DNA from: Candidatus Chisholmbacteria bacterium RIFCSPHIGHO2_01_FULL_52_32
GTDB lineage: Bacteria > Patescibacteriota > Microgenomatia > UBA1400 > Chisholmbacteraceae
Reading direction: 5' to 3'
DNA: 64,000 nucleotides
Assembly: GCA_001816585.1 (NCBI GenBank)
Contig: MHCJ01000003.1
Location: 348,228 to 412,227, forward strand
Position numbers and translations under genes: made by a program. This document shows positions 16,876 to 26,364 of this stretch, one piece after another. How positions within the stretch are numbered: the first letter of the stretch is position 1; every line of letters starts with the position of its first letter. The notes beneath the pieces were generated by a model. That model made no database searches, had not been told where the DNA came from, and worked only from the letters and a program-made list of their open reading frames with translations.

Positions 16876-17919
16876 CTAGATCAATGCCAGCCAAACTCCA
16901 AATACGGCAAGCATAATTCCGGCCAGCCAACCGCGCATGACGATCTTCGGCTCTTCCCAACCGATGAGCTGCAGCCAAAGATGCGCCGGAGCAGCCGGCA
17001 TGATTTTGCGCTTTGTGAGCTTCTTTGCGGACAGCTGAACCAGACTTGAGGCAATTTCCAAGACAAAGATGCCCCCGATTACCACCAATGCCAGGGTCTT
17101 CCCGAGCAGTAAGCCGACCACGGCGAAGGTCGCGCCGAAGGAGAGGGCGCCCACATCGCCCAGGAAAATGCGTGCGGGGAACACATTAAAGTATAAAAAA
17201 GCGATCAGAGAGCCCAACCATAAGGCAAGGAAGATCGATAGGGATGTATCGAGAATGGATGCGGAGAGCGTCCAAAACGCAAACAAGGCAATCATAAGTA
17301 AGCCAGTCGCCAGCCCGTCGAGACCGTCGGTGATATTGAAGGCGTTGGTGAAGGAGACGATGGTGAAGGCAGCAAACGGAATGAACCACCCACCCAACTT
17401 GAAGACCCCGACGAACGGAATATTGAGAATATCAATCTTTAGATTGACGTAGAGGAGGGACGCGACCGAAATAGCCAGCACCCACTGGATGGCAAATTTA
17501 TGACGTAAGCGTAGGCCAAAAAAGCGTTTTCCTTTCTCGAAGAACTTCATGAAATCGTCGTACAGACCCAACAATCCGAAGGCGATAAAGGTGAAAAAGA
17601 TAATGTTTAATTCGTCGCGTAACGGATAGACTTGGGTAATCGGGACACCAAAATAATGGATCATGGGAAAAAGCAGAGAAAACAGCATTGACACCACCAT
17701 GATTATCAGAAGGCCTCCGCCAACGGGCGTGCCTGCTTTTTTGGCATGAAAACGGTTAAAGATGGGTGTTAATCTTCCGAATGCATCTCTCGTTATCTGC
17801 TCCTGTCTTTGAAAACGCAACCGGTACAGAAGGTTGATGAATGGCACAATGAGGATTCCGGTTGCAACAAACGAGAAAATGAGAAGGCCAAGGAGAAGAA
17901 GCATATTGTTCAATGACAA
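16876..17919 (-). CDS. mraY: phospho-N-acetylmuramoyl-pentapeptide transferase
   Basis: NAFNITDGLDGLATG and other MraY/WecA family motifs; 10 TM helices. Confidence 0.9.
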   Translation of the reverse strand: MSLNNMLLLLGLLIFSFVATGILIVPFINLLYRLRFQRQEQITRDAFGRLTPIFNRFHAKKAGTPVGGGLLIIMVVSMLFSLLFPMIHYFGVPITQVYPLRDELNIIFFTFIAFGLLGLYDDFMKFFEKGKRFFGLRLRHKFAIQWVLAISVASLLYVNLKIDILNIPFVGVFKLGGWFIPFAAFTIVSFTNAFNITDGLDGLATGLLMIALFAFWTLSASILDTSLSIFLALWLGSLIAFLYFNVFPARIFLGDVGALSFGATFAVVGLLLGKTLALVVIGGIFVLEIASSLVQLSAKKLTKRKIMPAAPAHLWLQLIGWEEPKIVMRGWLAGIMLAVFGVWLALI

Positions 17920-17993
17920 ATTACCAATGACAAAATAAAAATGTAAAGTTTTTTCATAATAGGCTAAAAGGATTTCTTTGCTCGTATCTGGAA

Positions 17994-18356
17994 TTAATTT
18001 TTCAGTAAACTCAGGATTTTCGGGCCGAATACGAGGATGCCGATTGCGGCGGCTGCCAATGCGACAACGAGAACCATCCCGGCAGAAACGTCCTTGGCTA
18101 CCTTTGCCTGACTGTGGTACTCCGTTGTTATGAGATCAGTCATCGACTCAATTGCGGTATTGATCATCTCCGCCGAAAACACCGCAGCAATGGCAAGGGC
18201 AATGGCAACCCACTCGATGGAGGAGAGATGAAACGAAAGTCCTCCCAAGATAACGAACAGCGTGATGCCACCGTGGATGCGCATATTCGGTTGCGTCCCG
18301 AGGACGTAGCGAATCCCGGAAAACGCCATTTTGAACGAGATGGCATGTTTATCCAT
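17994..18356 (-). CDS. dgkA: diacylglycerol kinase / undecaprenol kinase family protein
   Basis: 120 aa, three TM helices, DgkA-like segments SAEMINTAIESMTD and VAKDVSAGMVLV. Confidence 0.7.
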   Translation of the reverse strand: MDKHAISFKMAFSGIRYVLGTQPNMRIHGGITLFVILGGLSFHLSSIEWVAIALAIAAVFSAEMINTAIESMTDLITTEYHSQAKVAKDVSAGMVLVVALAAAAIGILVFGPKILSLLKN

Positions 18357-18488
18357 GGCGCTTTTAAGTATACCACCTGTGTTTGTTCGTTTTTCGTTTT
18401 CAATTCTCAGTTAACACGAATCAGTTGCCAGTTCAGACCCTCCGACTTGCAATCATCGGTTTTTACGGGTGAAGCAGCCGCTTTTGAG

Positions 18489-20261
18489 TTATTTCACGGT
18501 CACGGATTTGGCGATATTGCGGGGTTTATCGACGTTATGTCCGAGAACTACTGCCATATAATATGCCAATACCTGTAGCGGCACGATATTCATCATCGCA
18601 CTCACGTCTCCCAAATCCGGCACCTCAATATATTCATCAAAACTCTTCTCCCGGCGCGGCGCGATTGCAATGATATGCGCCCCCCTGGCTTTGACCTCAT
18701 GAAGTGCATTGAGAACGTCTGTCTTTACCGTGTCGTTTGAAATAACAAAAATTACCGGCACACCGGGTTCCATGAGCGTAATCGCGTAATGTTTCAGATC
18801 TCCTGCCGGTATGGCGTGGGCGTGCAGGTACGAACCTTCTATCATCTTTACCATACCCTCATTGACAATTTGGAGATTTTGCCCTTTGCCGAGCAAGAAT
18901 ATATCATGCTTTGCTGCAAGCGCTTTTGCCAATCTTTTTATTTGCGCTATTTTTTCTTCACTGTGCAAAAACCGATCGATACGATCTGACAGAATTCGTA
19001 AAGCACTCTTTCCTTCATCGAGTTTTTCAGAAGCGGCTTTTGCCATGCAATATCCCCACGCAAGTTGGGAAACAAATATTTTTGTCGACATGACGCAAAT
19101 TTCCGGCCCCGCCTCCGCCATGAACTTGTAGTCAGAAAGCCGTGTCATCATGCTCCCCGGCATATTCACGAATGAGGCTATTTTTGTACCTTTTTTCTTT
19201 ACCGCCTCCATAACTTCGAGAACATCTGCGGTTTCCCCGCTTTGCGAAGGGGCAATAAGGAGGTCATTCTTCCCGATGAGACTGATGTAGTCTTGGGCTT
19301 CCGCCCCGATAAGGCTTACCGCAGGGATTTTCCCCAGTGTCCGAAGATAATATGCGATTTGTGCCGCCGCCTTCCCCGCGGTTCCCGATCCTATGCAATA
19401 CACATGAGCTGCCTTTGTGATGGCTTTGGCAAAGTTCCTATAGATACTACTGGGCTGTTCAATGATACGATTGATAACAAGCGGCTCTTCATAAATCTCC
19501 TTGATCATGAAATGCTTATGGCCCTTTTTGTCGACACTGCTATCAAGAATGGTATTTTTTTCAAGCAGGTATCGAACCTTCCGACCGGTTTTGATATCGA
19601 AGGTGCTTACTTTGTTATCGAATACCGTCACCATCTGCCCGTTATCAAGAACAATGATCTGACTTACGCGTGGCGCAAAAGACAGGGTATCGGACGAAAG
19701 ATATATTTCAGAAAAATTATCATTCACCCCGACGACGAGCGGTGATCCGTTGCGCGCTGCGATCATTTGTCCATCGCGGGACAACAGAATAATCGTATTC
19801 CGTCCTGTAAATGTTTTAAACGCTGAACGCACCGCTTCAGCCAGCGTTGGGGTCCGTTTCCGTTCTTCTTCAATTTGGCGGACGATGACTTCCGTGTCTG
19901 TTTCAGAAACAAATCTGTACCTTTTTTTTATCAATTCTTCTTTCCGGATCGCAAAATTTTCCGCGATGCCGTTATGGGCTAAAATAAATGATCGATCGGA
20001 GGCATAGTGCGGATGCGCATTCGCGGCCGTCACCGCTCCATTTGTCGCCCAGCGTGTATGTCCGATCGCAATTGAGCTTCTCGGAAGTTTTACTGACGCA
20101 CGATCGACGACGCCAACACGCTTTTCAACACGAAGAGACTCATTTTTTAGGATTCCAACCCCCCAACTATCATACCCACGATAATCCAACCGCTTTAATC
20201 CTTCAAAAACAATCGCTGCGGCATTATCCGACTTCCCAACATACGCAAAGATTCCGCACAT
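18489..20261 (-). CDS. glmS: glutamine--fructose-6-phosphate aminotransferase (isomerizing)
   Basis: N-terminal MCGIFAYVG (Cys2 nucleophile) then two SIS domains; 590 aa. Confidence 0.95.
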   Translation of the reverse strand: MCGIFAYVGKSDNAAAIVFEGLKRLDYRGYDSWGVGILKNESLRVEKRVGVVDRASVKLPRSSIAIGHTRWATNGAVTAANAHPHYASDRSFILAHNGIAENFAIRKEELIKKRYRFVSETDTEVIVRQIEEERKRTPTLAEAVRSAFKTFTGRNTIILLSRDGQMIAARNGSPLVVGVNDNFSEIYLSSDTLSFAPRVSQIIVLDNGQMVTVFDNKVSTFDIKTGRKVRYLLEKNTILDSSVDKKGHKHFMIKEIYEEPLVINRIIEQPSSIYRNFAKAITKAAHVYCIGSGTAGKAAAQIAYYLRTLGKIPAVSLIGAEAQDYISLIGKNDLLIAPSQSGETADVLEVMEAVKKKGTKIASFVNMPGSMMTRLSDYKFMAEAGPEICVMSTKIFVSQLAWGYCMAKAASEKLDEGKSALRILSDRIDRFLHSEEKIAQIKRLAKALAAKHDIFLLGKGQNLQIVNEGMVKMIEGSYLHAHAIPAGDLKHYAITLMEPGVPVIFVISNDTVKTDVLNALHEVKARGAHIIAIAPRREKSFDEYIEVPDLGDVSAMMNIVPLQVLAYYMAVVLGHNVDKPRNIAKSVTVK

Positions 20262-20601
20262 CGTGTTAGCGTCTAGGGCCTAGCGTCTAGGGAACACCAT
20301 TGACCCGAATGGACGTTTCTCCTTCTTCTATCTGAGATATAACTATGAAAACTATTGGGGCTGAAGAAGCCCTTCCGGATTCGCTTTGGACTTTGTCTCT
20401 ATGAAAAGAGCATTGATCCTCATCACGTTTTGTTTGGTTGGCCGGACAACCAAGGGGTTTCCGCAGATACTCCCGCAAGCTTTGCGGGGTCCGATTGCCC
20501 CCTACCGGTTGGCAGGAGACCCCCTTCCTCGTATCCCAGCTGCTCGCGAGCGGCTGGGCCACACGCTTCTTATTGTTTTTTCTTCCGTCCTCCTTTCTGT
20601 C

Positions 20602-21927
20602 TTACGACTCCTGTGTTCGCCTTATTGTAGCACCCAAATCCATCAAACGTCCATCAAGGTTCTCATATCCTCTGTCGATCAGGTCAACGCCCGCCAGGGT
20701 GGTCGTCCCATCGGCAATGAGAGCGGCCAGAACCAAGGTCGCCCCGGCACGCAAATCATGAACCGAAAGATCATACCCATGCAGGGGAGTCGGCCCGCTG
20801 ATTCTTATTGCGTGATGGTACTCCGGACGGTCATTGAAAGGATTAAAATTGTAGAAATCTTGCGGATGGCTCAGGCGGGGACTGTAGAGTTTGATACGGG
20901 CACCCATTTTGAGAAGATCAGGAACGTACTGGAACCGTTGGGCGTGTACCGTTTCGTGGATTGTAGACTGACCCATCGCTTGGGTTGCGACCACCGCCCA
21001 AAGGGGTTGCCAGTCGGTCATAAATCCCGGGTGAGGGGCCGTTGTCACCTGAACCGCGATGAGGGGTCTTTTATAGAAAAAACGGATCCCAAAGTCCCCT
21101 ACTTCGAATCCCCCGCCGGCTTGTTCATACTTTTGTAAAAATGCGGTGAGGTGTTCCTTTTTCACATTTTCAACAATGATATCGCCTTTGGAAGCAACTG
21201 CAGCGCAGGCATAGGAAACCGCTTCATTACGATCCGGCATAATTTTGTGAATTACCGGCTTTAAATGTTTGACACCCTCGATTACGATCCTTCTGTCCGG
21301 TTTCCGGTGAATTTTCGCCCCCATCTTTACCAAACATGAAATGAGGTCGTCCACTTCAGGCTCCAGGGCGACATTCTCAAGTATGGTTTTCCCTTTCGCC
21401 AGGACAGCGGCCATAACGAGCGTCTCGGTCCCTGTATGGGTATTTTTGGCAAACCTGTAACGTCCTCCCCGTAGTTCCTTGGTTGTTACACGCATCTTTT
21501 TTCCGTCAAAGTCGATTTTGGCACCCAGCGCCTTCAAGCCTTCGACATGTCTTTCGAGCGGTCTTCGGCCGATGTTGTCTCCGCCGGGGAGCGGGAGGAT
21601 GGCTGTTTTGAATCGCGCGAGAAGAGGACCGACGAACATCGTTGAGGCTCGGGACTGATTGCCGAACTTTTGGGGAATTTCGTGTCCTTTGATCGAAGTG
21701 GTTTCGATAAAAAGCGTTCGTTCCCCGGAACTTCTTATTTTCCCTCCCAGATGGGTTATGATTTTTCTGGTTATCTCAACATCACTGATTTGGGGAATGT
21801 TTAAAAGCCTGCTTTGGCCATTTGCGAGGAGGGCAGCGATCATTACTTTGAAGCTCACGTTTTTTGCTCCTCCGAGCCGGACTGACCCATTGAGCCTTTT
21901 TCCGCCCTGAATGATGAATTTTTCCAT
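20602..21927 (-). CDS. murA: UDP-N-acetylglucosamine 1-carboxyvinyltransferase
   Basis: MEKFIIQGGKRLNGSVRLGGAKN start, EPSP-synthase-like fold, and the Cys-containing loop motif region. 441 aa. Confidence 0.9.
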   Translation of the reverse strand: MEKFIIQGGKRLNGSVRLGGAKNVSFKVMIAALLANGQSRLLNIPQISDVEITRKIITHLGGKIRSSGERTLFIETTSIKGHEIPQKFGNQSRASTMFVGPLLARFKTAILPLPGGDNIGRRPLERHVEGLKALGAKIDFDGKKMRVTTKELRGGRYRFAKNTHTGTETLVMAAVLAKGKTILENVALEPEVDDLISCLVKMGAKIHRKPDRRIVIEGVKHLKPVIHKIMPDRNEAVSYACAAVASKGDIIVENVKKEHLTAFLQKYEQAGGGFEVGDFGIRFFYKRPLIAVQVTTAPHPGFMTDWQPLWAVVATQAMGQSTIHETVHAQRFQYVPDLLKMGARIKLYSPRLSHPQDFYNFNPFNDRPEYHHAIRISGPTPLHGYDLSVHDLRAGATLVLAALIADGTTTLAGVDLIDRGYENLDGRLMDLGATIRRTQES

Positions 21928-22943
21928 CAGAACTCCCCGAGTTGAAATACCTCGAATTTCAATGCAACGCCAAATTTTTTGTTGACCGCGGTTCGAACTT
22001 TGGCTACAAGTCCAAGGACATCCCCGGCCGTCGCTTGACCCGTATTGATGATGAAGTTGGCATGCTTCGGACTAACCATGGCTCCGCCGACCGCGAGCCC
22101 TTTCAGGCCTGTTTTGTCGATAAGCCATCCTGCTGATTGAGCCAAAAGTCTCCTTCCGTACCCATCTTCACGAGCGGGGTTTTTGAACATACACCCGGAA
22201 CTGGGGAAGTTCAGGGGTTGGGTTTGAACCCTCAAATGGGCAAAGGCTTCGGCTTTTTTCCATAACGCCCGGGAATCTCCACCTTTTAATTGGAAGATCA
22301 CCGAAGTTACCACCTCCCCGGTTTTCTGGAGAATGGAATAGTCGTAGGCAAACTTCATCTGATCACCCCTTCGCGTCCGTTCCCTCCCTTGTTTGTTGAT
22401 AAGCTTCACTTCCGAAACGCGCTCTCCGATCAATTGGTTCTTGAAGTGGGCGTTGTTGTAGATGGCTCCTCCGATCGTCCCGGGCACACCCAGGAAGTAC
22501 TCCAGCCCGGCTAATCCTTCATGAATGGTGTATCGGACGAGGTGGTTGGTGATGACCCCGCTTTCCGCCTCAACCTTCACCGCCGTCAGCGCAAGCTGTT
22601 TCCCTTGGATTTTTCCCCTGTACTTTCTGACCTTGATCTTATCAGCCCTGTTTTTGATCACCAACCCACGGAATCCCTTATCACCGACCAGGACGTTTGA
22701 CCCTCCGCCCAAAACCACATAGGGAACCTGACTTTTGATGGCTGCCTTGATTGCTTTGGTTAATTCATCACCACTGGTGGCTATGAAGAACAGGTCTGCC
22801 GGACCACCGATTTTGAAGTACGTGTACGGAGCCAGCGGCTCGTCAGTTTTCAGGCGCGTGGTTCCCATCAACCTGGTCAGTTTTTCGTACGTTTTTTTCA
22901 TCCTCGCTCCATGCCCGTTTTTTATTTCCTGACAAAATCCCAT
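21927..22943 (-). CDS. murB: UDP-N-acetylenolpyruvoylglucosamine reductase
   Basis: FAD-binding YFKIGGPADLF and VLGGGSNVLV motifs plus a MurB C-terminal domain. Confidence 0.85.
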   Translation of the reverse strand: MGFCQEIKNGHGARMKKTYEKLTRLMGTTRLKTDEPLAPYTYFKIGGPADLFFIATSGDELTKAIKAAIKSQVPYVVLGGGSNVLVGDKGFRGLVIKNRADKIKVRKYRGKIQGKQLALTAVKVEAESGVITNHLVRYTIHEGLAGLEYFLGVPGTIGGAIYNNAHFKNQLIGERVSEVKLINKQGRERTRRGDQMKFAYDYSILQKTGEVVTSVIFQLKGGDSRALWKKAEAFAHLRVQTQPLNFPSSGCMFKNPAREDGYGRRLLAQSAGWLIDKTGLKGLAVGGAMVSPKHANFIINTGQATAGDVLGLVAKVRTAVNKKFGVALKFEVFQLGEF

Positions 22944-24328
22944 CCAACCCTGTAGATGTCCCCCGCTCCGAGTGTCAGAACCACATCACCCTGACCGGTC
23001 TTTTGTTTGAGGTATTCTAGCACGTGATCCTTTTTACAATACCGTACCCTTGGATTCACTTGGGCAGCTATCCTGGCTACATCTCTCCCGGAGATGGTGG
23101 GATCTTTCGCTTCCCGTGCCGAACCATAGATGTCCGTCACAATTGCTTCATCTGCCAGGCTTAGGGCTTTTGCGAATTCCGGAAGGAGTGCTTTGGTTCT
23201 TGAGTATGTATGCGGCTGAAAGACAGCCACGATGCGGCGATTTGGGAACCATTTCCTGGCAGCCGAGAGGGTGGCTGTGATTTCCTTCGGGTGATGCGCA
23301 TAGTCGTCCCATACCTCAATTCCCCGGATTATTCCGACCGGTTGAAAACGCCGCATGGTCCCTTGGTACTCCTCAAGCGCCTTGATCGATTCTGTTTGGG
23401 CCACACCCAATTGGGTTGCTGCAATGAGTGCAGCGGTGGCATTGGCGGCGTTGAATTTTCCCGGAACACGTAAGGCAAGCTTCAAACGTATTCCGGCAAC
23501 GGTCAGTCTCACTTCCGTTCTTCCTCCTTCCATGACTACTTTCTGAATCCGCCAGCTTGCCTGCGGTGAGAATCCGTATGGGATGACTTCGACGTTTTTT
23601 CCCTGTTTCGGAAAGCTTTGAAAAAGAGATTGTACAGCGGGGCTGTCGATATTTCCGATCAGCACTCCTCCCTTAGGGAGACGGAGGAAAAACGCTTGGA
23701 AAGCCCGCTTGGTTTCCTCAAGATTCCGATAGACATCCGGGTGGTCGAATTCGATGTTTGTAACAATCGTAATCATCGGGTTCAAATAGAGGAACTTCGG
23801 GCTATTGTCGATCCCGGAAACTGCGACGTAGTCGTCCGCCTCGACCACCGCCAATTTCCCCGGTTGGTATCTTCCCGGAACTCCCAAGCCAAGGATGTTT
23901 CCCACCCCTACCACGAAGCTTGGTTTTCTTCCGGTTCGACTGAGGATCGTTGCCAGCATTGCGGCGGTCGTCGATTTTCCTCCCACCCCACAGGTTGCGA
24001 TCACCGCTTTATCGGAAACCATCTGGGCTAAGGCTTGGGCGTAATTCAGCGTCCGGATACCCAAGCGTTGGGCGGCTTTGACCTCCGGATTTTGAGGTCT
24101 GGCTCCGCTGTAGACGAGAAGATCAACGTCCTTATTGAGGTTCTCTGCTGCGAACCCTTCGGCTACTTCGATACGCCGCTTGGTTAAGATTTTTTCTGTG
24201 ACGAACTGATCGGCCACATCACTTCCCGAAATTCGGATTCCCCTATCCTGCGCGTAAAGGGCAAGGGCGGTCATGCCTACCCCTTTGATTCCTGAAAAAT
24301 GAATGCGTTTGGCTGTCTTTATATCCAT
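22922..24328 (-). CDS. murC: UDP-N-acetylmuramate--L-alanine ligase
   Basis: IHFSGIKGVGMTALA N-terminal Rossmann and Mur ligase P-loop GVGGKSTTAAM. Confidence 0.85.
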   Translation of the reverse strand: MDIKTAKRIHFSGIKGVGMTALALYAQDRGIRISGSDVADQFVTEKILTKRRIEVAEGFAAENLNKDVDLLVYSGARPQNPEVKAAQRLGIRTLNYAQALAQMVSDKAVIATCGVGGKSTTAAMLATILSRTGRKPSFVVGVGNILGLGVPGRYQPGKLAVVEADDYVAVSGIDNSPKFLYLNPMITIVTNIEFDHPDVYRNLEETKRAFQAFFLRLPKGGVLIGNIDSPAVQSLFQSFPKQGKNVEVIPYGFSPQASWRIQKVVMEGGRTEVRLTVAGIRLKLALRVPGKFNAANATAALIAATQLGVAQTESIKALEEYQGTMRRFQPVGIIRGIEVWDDYAHHPKEITATLSAARKWFPNRRIVAVFQPHTYSRTKALLPEFAKALSLADEAIVTDIYGSAREAKDPTISGRDVARIAAQVNPRVRYCKKDHVLEYLKQKTGQGDVVLTLGAGDIYRVGWDFVRK

Positions 24329-24347
24329 GGTTTTCCCCGTACCTTCC

Positions 24348-25085
24348 TCAGGCTAAAAGTCCAATAACCGCAGCGAAACGGCCCTCCGGCTCTGTGGTTT
24401 CTTTGCTCCTTTTAAACGAGAACAGCGATTGATCCATTACCGTGCAGGCGGATGATACTTCGATGTTAGCTTGTTTGACACCGGCGTTTCGGGCGGTCTC
24501 ATTCACGAAGCCGGGCAGATCCAGTGCATACTGATTTGCCGTCTGCCTGATAAAGGGGGACCATTCCGGAAGCTGAAGCTGCAGGGGAGGGTCTTTCCAA
24601 ATGTTGCAACACTTCCCGATCGATGGCCCGAGTGCGACCAAAAGCCTGGCAGGATTGGTTTTGAACTCAAGCATCATTCTTTGGATGGCAACCAGCACAA
24701 TTTTTCCCATCGTCCCTTTCCATCCGGAATGTACCAGCCCAATGGCCGTGTTTTCCGGATCGAAAAGAAAGATAGGAATGCAGTCAGCCACGCGCAGCAT
24801 CAGGACGACTTCGTGATCGTTTGTTATCATCCCGTCCGCATCAGGAATTATGTTTCCGCCCTGCCTTTTTCCCACCCTCACCACATTGGTTTTGTGGACC
24901 TGCTGGGCTTCAACGATCTTTCCGGAATCGGTTTCCAGACTCTTGAAAAAGCGGGCTCTGCTTCTGCCAACGTCCTTTGGACGCCCGAAACGGAGATCGA
25001 TGTTCCCGTCGACCTTGGTTGATATCCCGCCGGTTACATTGGAGTCACCGAGAAGGGAAAACGCCAGCATCTTCAATACCTTCAC
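24348..25085 (-). CDS. pgeF: YfiH/PgeF family (DUF152, purine nucleoside phosphorylase / peptidoglycan editing factor)
   Basis: H..C....HSGW.G.. core (ADCIPIFLFD... LVHSGWKGT). Confidence 0.75.
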   Translation of the reverse strand: MKVLKMLAFSLLGDSNVTGGISTKVDGNIDLRFGRPKDVGRSRARFFKSLETDSGKIVEAQQVHKTNVVRVGKRQGGNIIPDADGMITNDHEVVLMLRVADCIPIFLFDPENTAIGLVHSGWKGTMGKIVLVAIQRMMLEFKTNPARLLVALGPSIGKCCNIWKDPPLQLQLPEWSPFIRQTANQYALDLPGFVNETARNAGVKQANIEVSSACTVMDQSLFSFKRSKETTEPEGRFAAVIGLLA

Positions 25086-25104
25086 TTACCTTTCTGTCTT
25101 CCTC

Positions 25105-26364
25105 TCATGGCTGTGGTCTTTCCTGCCTCTCAAATAGCTTGGCTTCTCGGGGAACATCCCGATACACGGTAACGCCGGGACCGACAAGGGCCTTCCCGCC
25201 GATTTTTATGCCCGGCATGAGGCTGGCGTTCACTCCGACACGGGCCCCACGTCCCACGATTGCCCCCAGCTTCTTTCTTCCGGTGTTTACGTTTTCTGAA
25301 GCGACTTTCGAAGCGATCGCCCCCGCATCGAAGCGGAAGTTGGCAGTCACCGCTCCGGCCCCGAAGTAGTTCTCCCCTTCAAGGATGGTGTCTCCGATGT
25401 AGTTTTGATGGAGCCAGCAGCCGTCTCCGATATAGCTTCTGGTGATTTCTGAAGAAAATCCGACTACGGTATTTTCCCCGATGATCGACTCTAAAACCAG
25501 ACAGTTGGTTCCGATCGACGAACTGTTTCCGATATACGCCGGGCCTTTAATTACCGCTTGTTCCAACACCGAAACATTGTCTCCGATCACCACCGGTCCT
25601 TCGATTGTGGCTTTCGGGTGAATGACAGCCTTTTTACTAACCCGTTTTTCCTTCAGACTACTCAGGAAGAGCCTGGCCATTTCCAAGATATCCCAGGGGT
25701 ACTTCACGAATCCGAACGGTCCCTCGTAGCGCACCAGTCCCGCACCTCCATTTTCCAAAAGCCTTGAAACGGCGTGTTCGTAGACATCATCGGTTTCCGA
25801 TTTTACTTTTTCTATTTCCGTCAGGAGATCGTCGGCATTTCGGAAATAGTGGACGACCAAGTTGACGAGTGTGCTCGGTTCCGAGCCTGCCTCTGGCTTC
25901 TCGACAATCTCAAGAACCCTTTCATTTCGGACGCGCAAATATCCCCCCTGGAAGTGCTGTCCGTGTTCCCGGCCAGGAATGATCACCCTTTCACTGCCCA
26001 TTTCCGATTTTGTGAGAACGTCATGGTACAACGATTGGTCAACCCTGTCCGCCCCATTGATGACAAGAATTGCTTTTCCCCCGATCTCCTTTTTGGCGGT
26101 CCGTAGGGCGTCCGCCATTCCCATGGGCTTCTCCTGAACCACGATGGTGATCCTTCCGCTTCTGGGCTTTATGCGACCGATGTCTTTTTTGTTGGCTTCG
26201 TTGGCGACTACGAGGATTCTCTCGATCTTTTCGTGATTCAGACTTTGAATGGTATGCTCAATCAGTGGCCGTCCAAGGAAAGGAAGCAGGCTTTTATCTG
26301 TTTCAATCGGCCAGAAGCGTTTCCCCACACCCCCGGCTAAGACGATCGCGACGGGTTTGTTCAT
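25105..26364 (-). CDS. bifunctional-type sugar-1-phosphate nucleotidyltransferase with C-terminal left-handed beta-helix acyltransferase domain (GlmU-like)
   Basis: N-terminal IVLAGGVGKRFWP nucleotidyltransferase G-loop, C-terminal hexapeptide repeats. Adjacent to the cell-wall genes. Confidence 0.55.
   Translation of the reverse strand: MNKPVAIVLAGGVGKRFWPIETDKSLLPFLGRPLIEHTIQSLNHEKIERILVVANEANKKDIGRIKPRSGRITIVVQEKPMGMADALRTAKKEIGGKAILVINGADRVDQSLYHDVLTKSEMGSERVIIPGREHGQHFQGGYLRVRNERVLEIVEKPEAGSEPSTLVNLVVHYFRNADDLLTEIEKVKSETDDVYEHAVSRLLENGGAGLVRYEGPFGFVKYPWDILEMARLFLSSLKEKRVSKKAVIHPKATIEGPVVIGDNVSVLEQAVIKGPAYIGNSSSIGTNCLVLESIIGENTVVGFSSEITRSYIGDGCWLHQNYIGDTILEGENYFGAGAVTANFRFDAGAIASKVASENVNTGRKKLGAIVGRGARVGVNASLMPGIKIGGKALVGPGVTVYRDVPREAKLFERQERPQP

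Noticed and set aside
3232-19745. Numerous antisense or embedded ORFs, e.g. 3232..3801 (+), 4974..5774 (-), 9147..9569 (+), 11280..11738 (+), 14048..14536 (-), 19242..19745 (+)
   Set aside because: Each lies entirely inside a well-supported conserved gene on the other strand or frame, with low-complexity composition. Typical of shadow ORFs in GC-moderate DNA.
20262-20601. Specific call of a glmS ribozyme
   Set aside because: The position upstream of glmS is suggestive, but I could not align the conserved glmS ribozyme core elements by eye. Left as an unassigned candidate structured region pending an Rfam search.
20287-20630. ORFs 20287..20562 (-), 20355..20630 (+), and the start of 20386..21138 (+), in the murA-glmS spacer
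   Set aside because: The translations are R/S/P/Q/G-rich with no hydrophobic core or motif, and the plus-strand ones run antisense into murA. Treated as non-coding (a possible structured RNA region) and not as protein genes.
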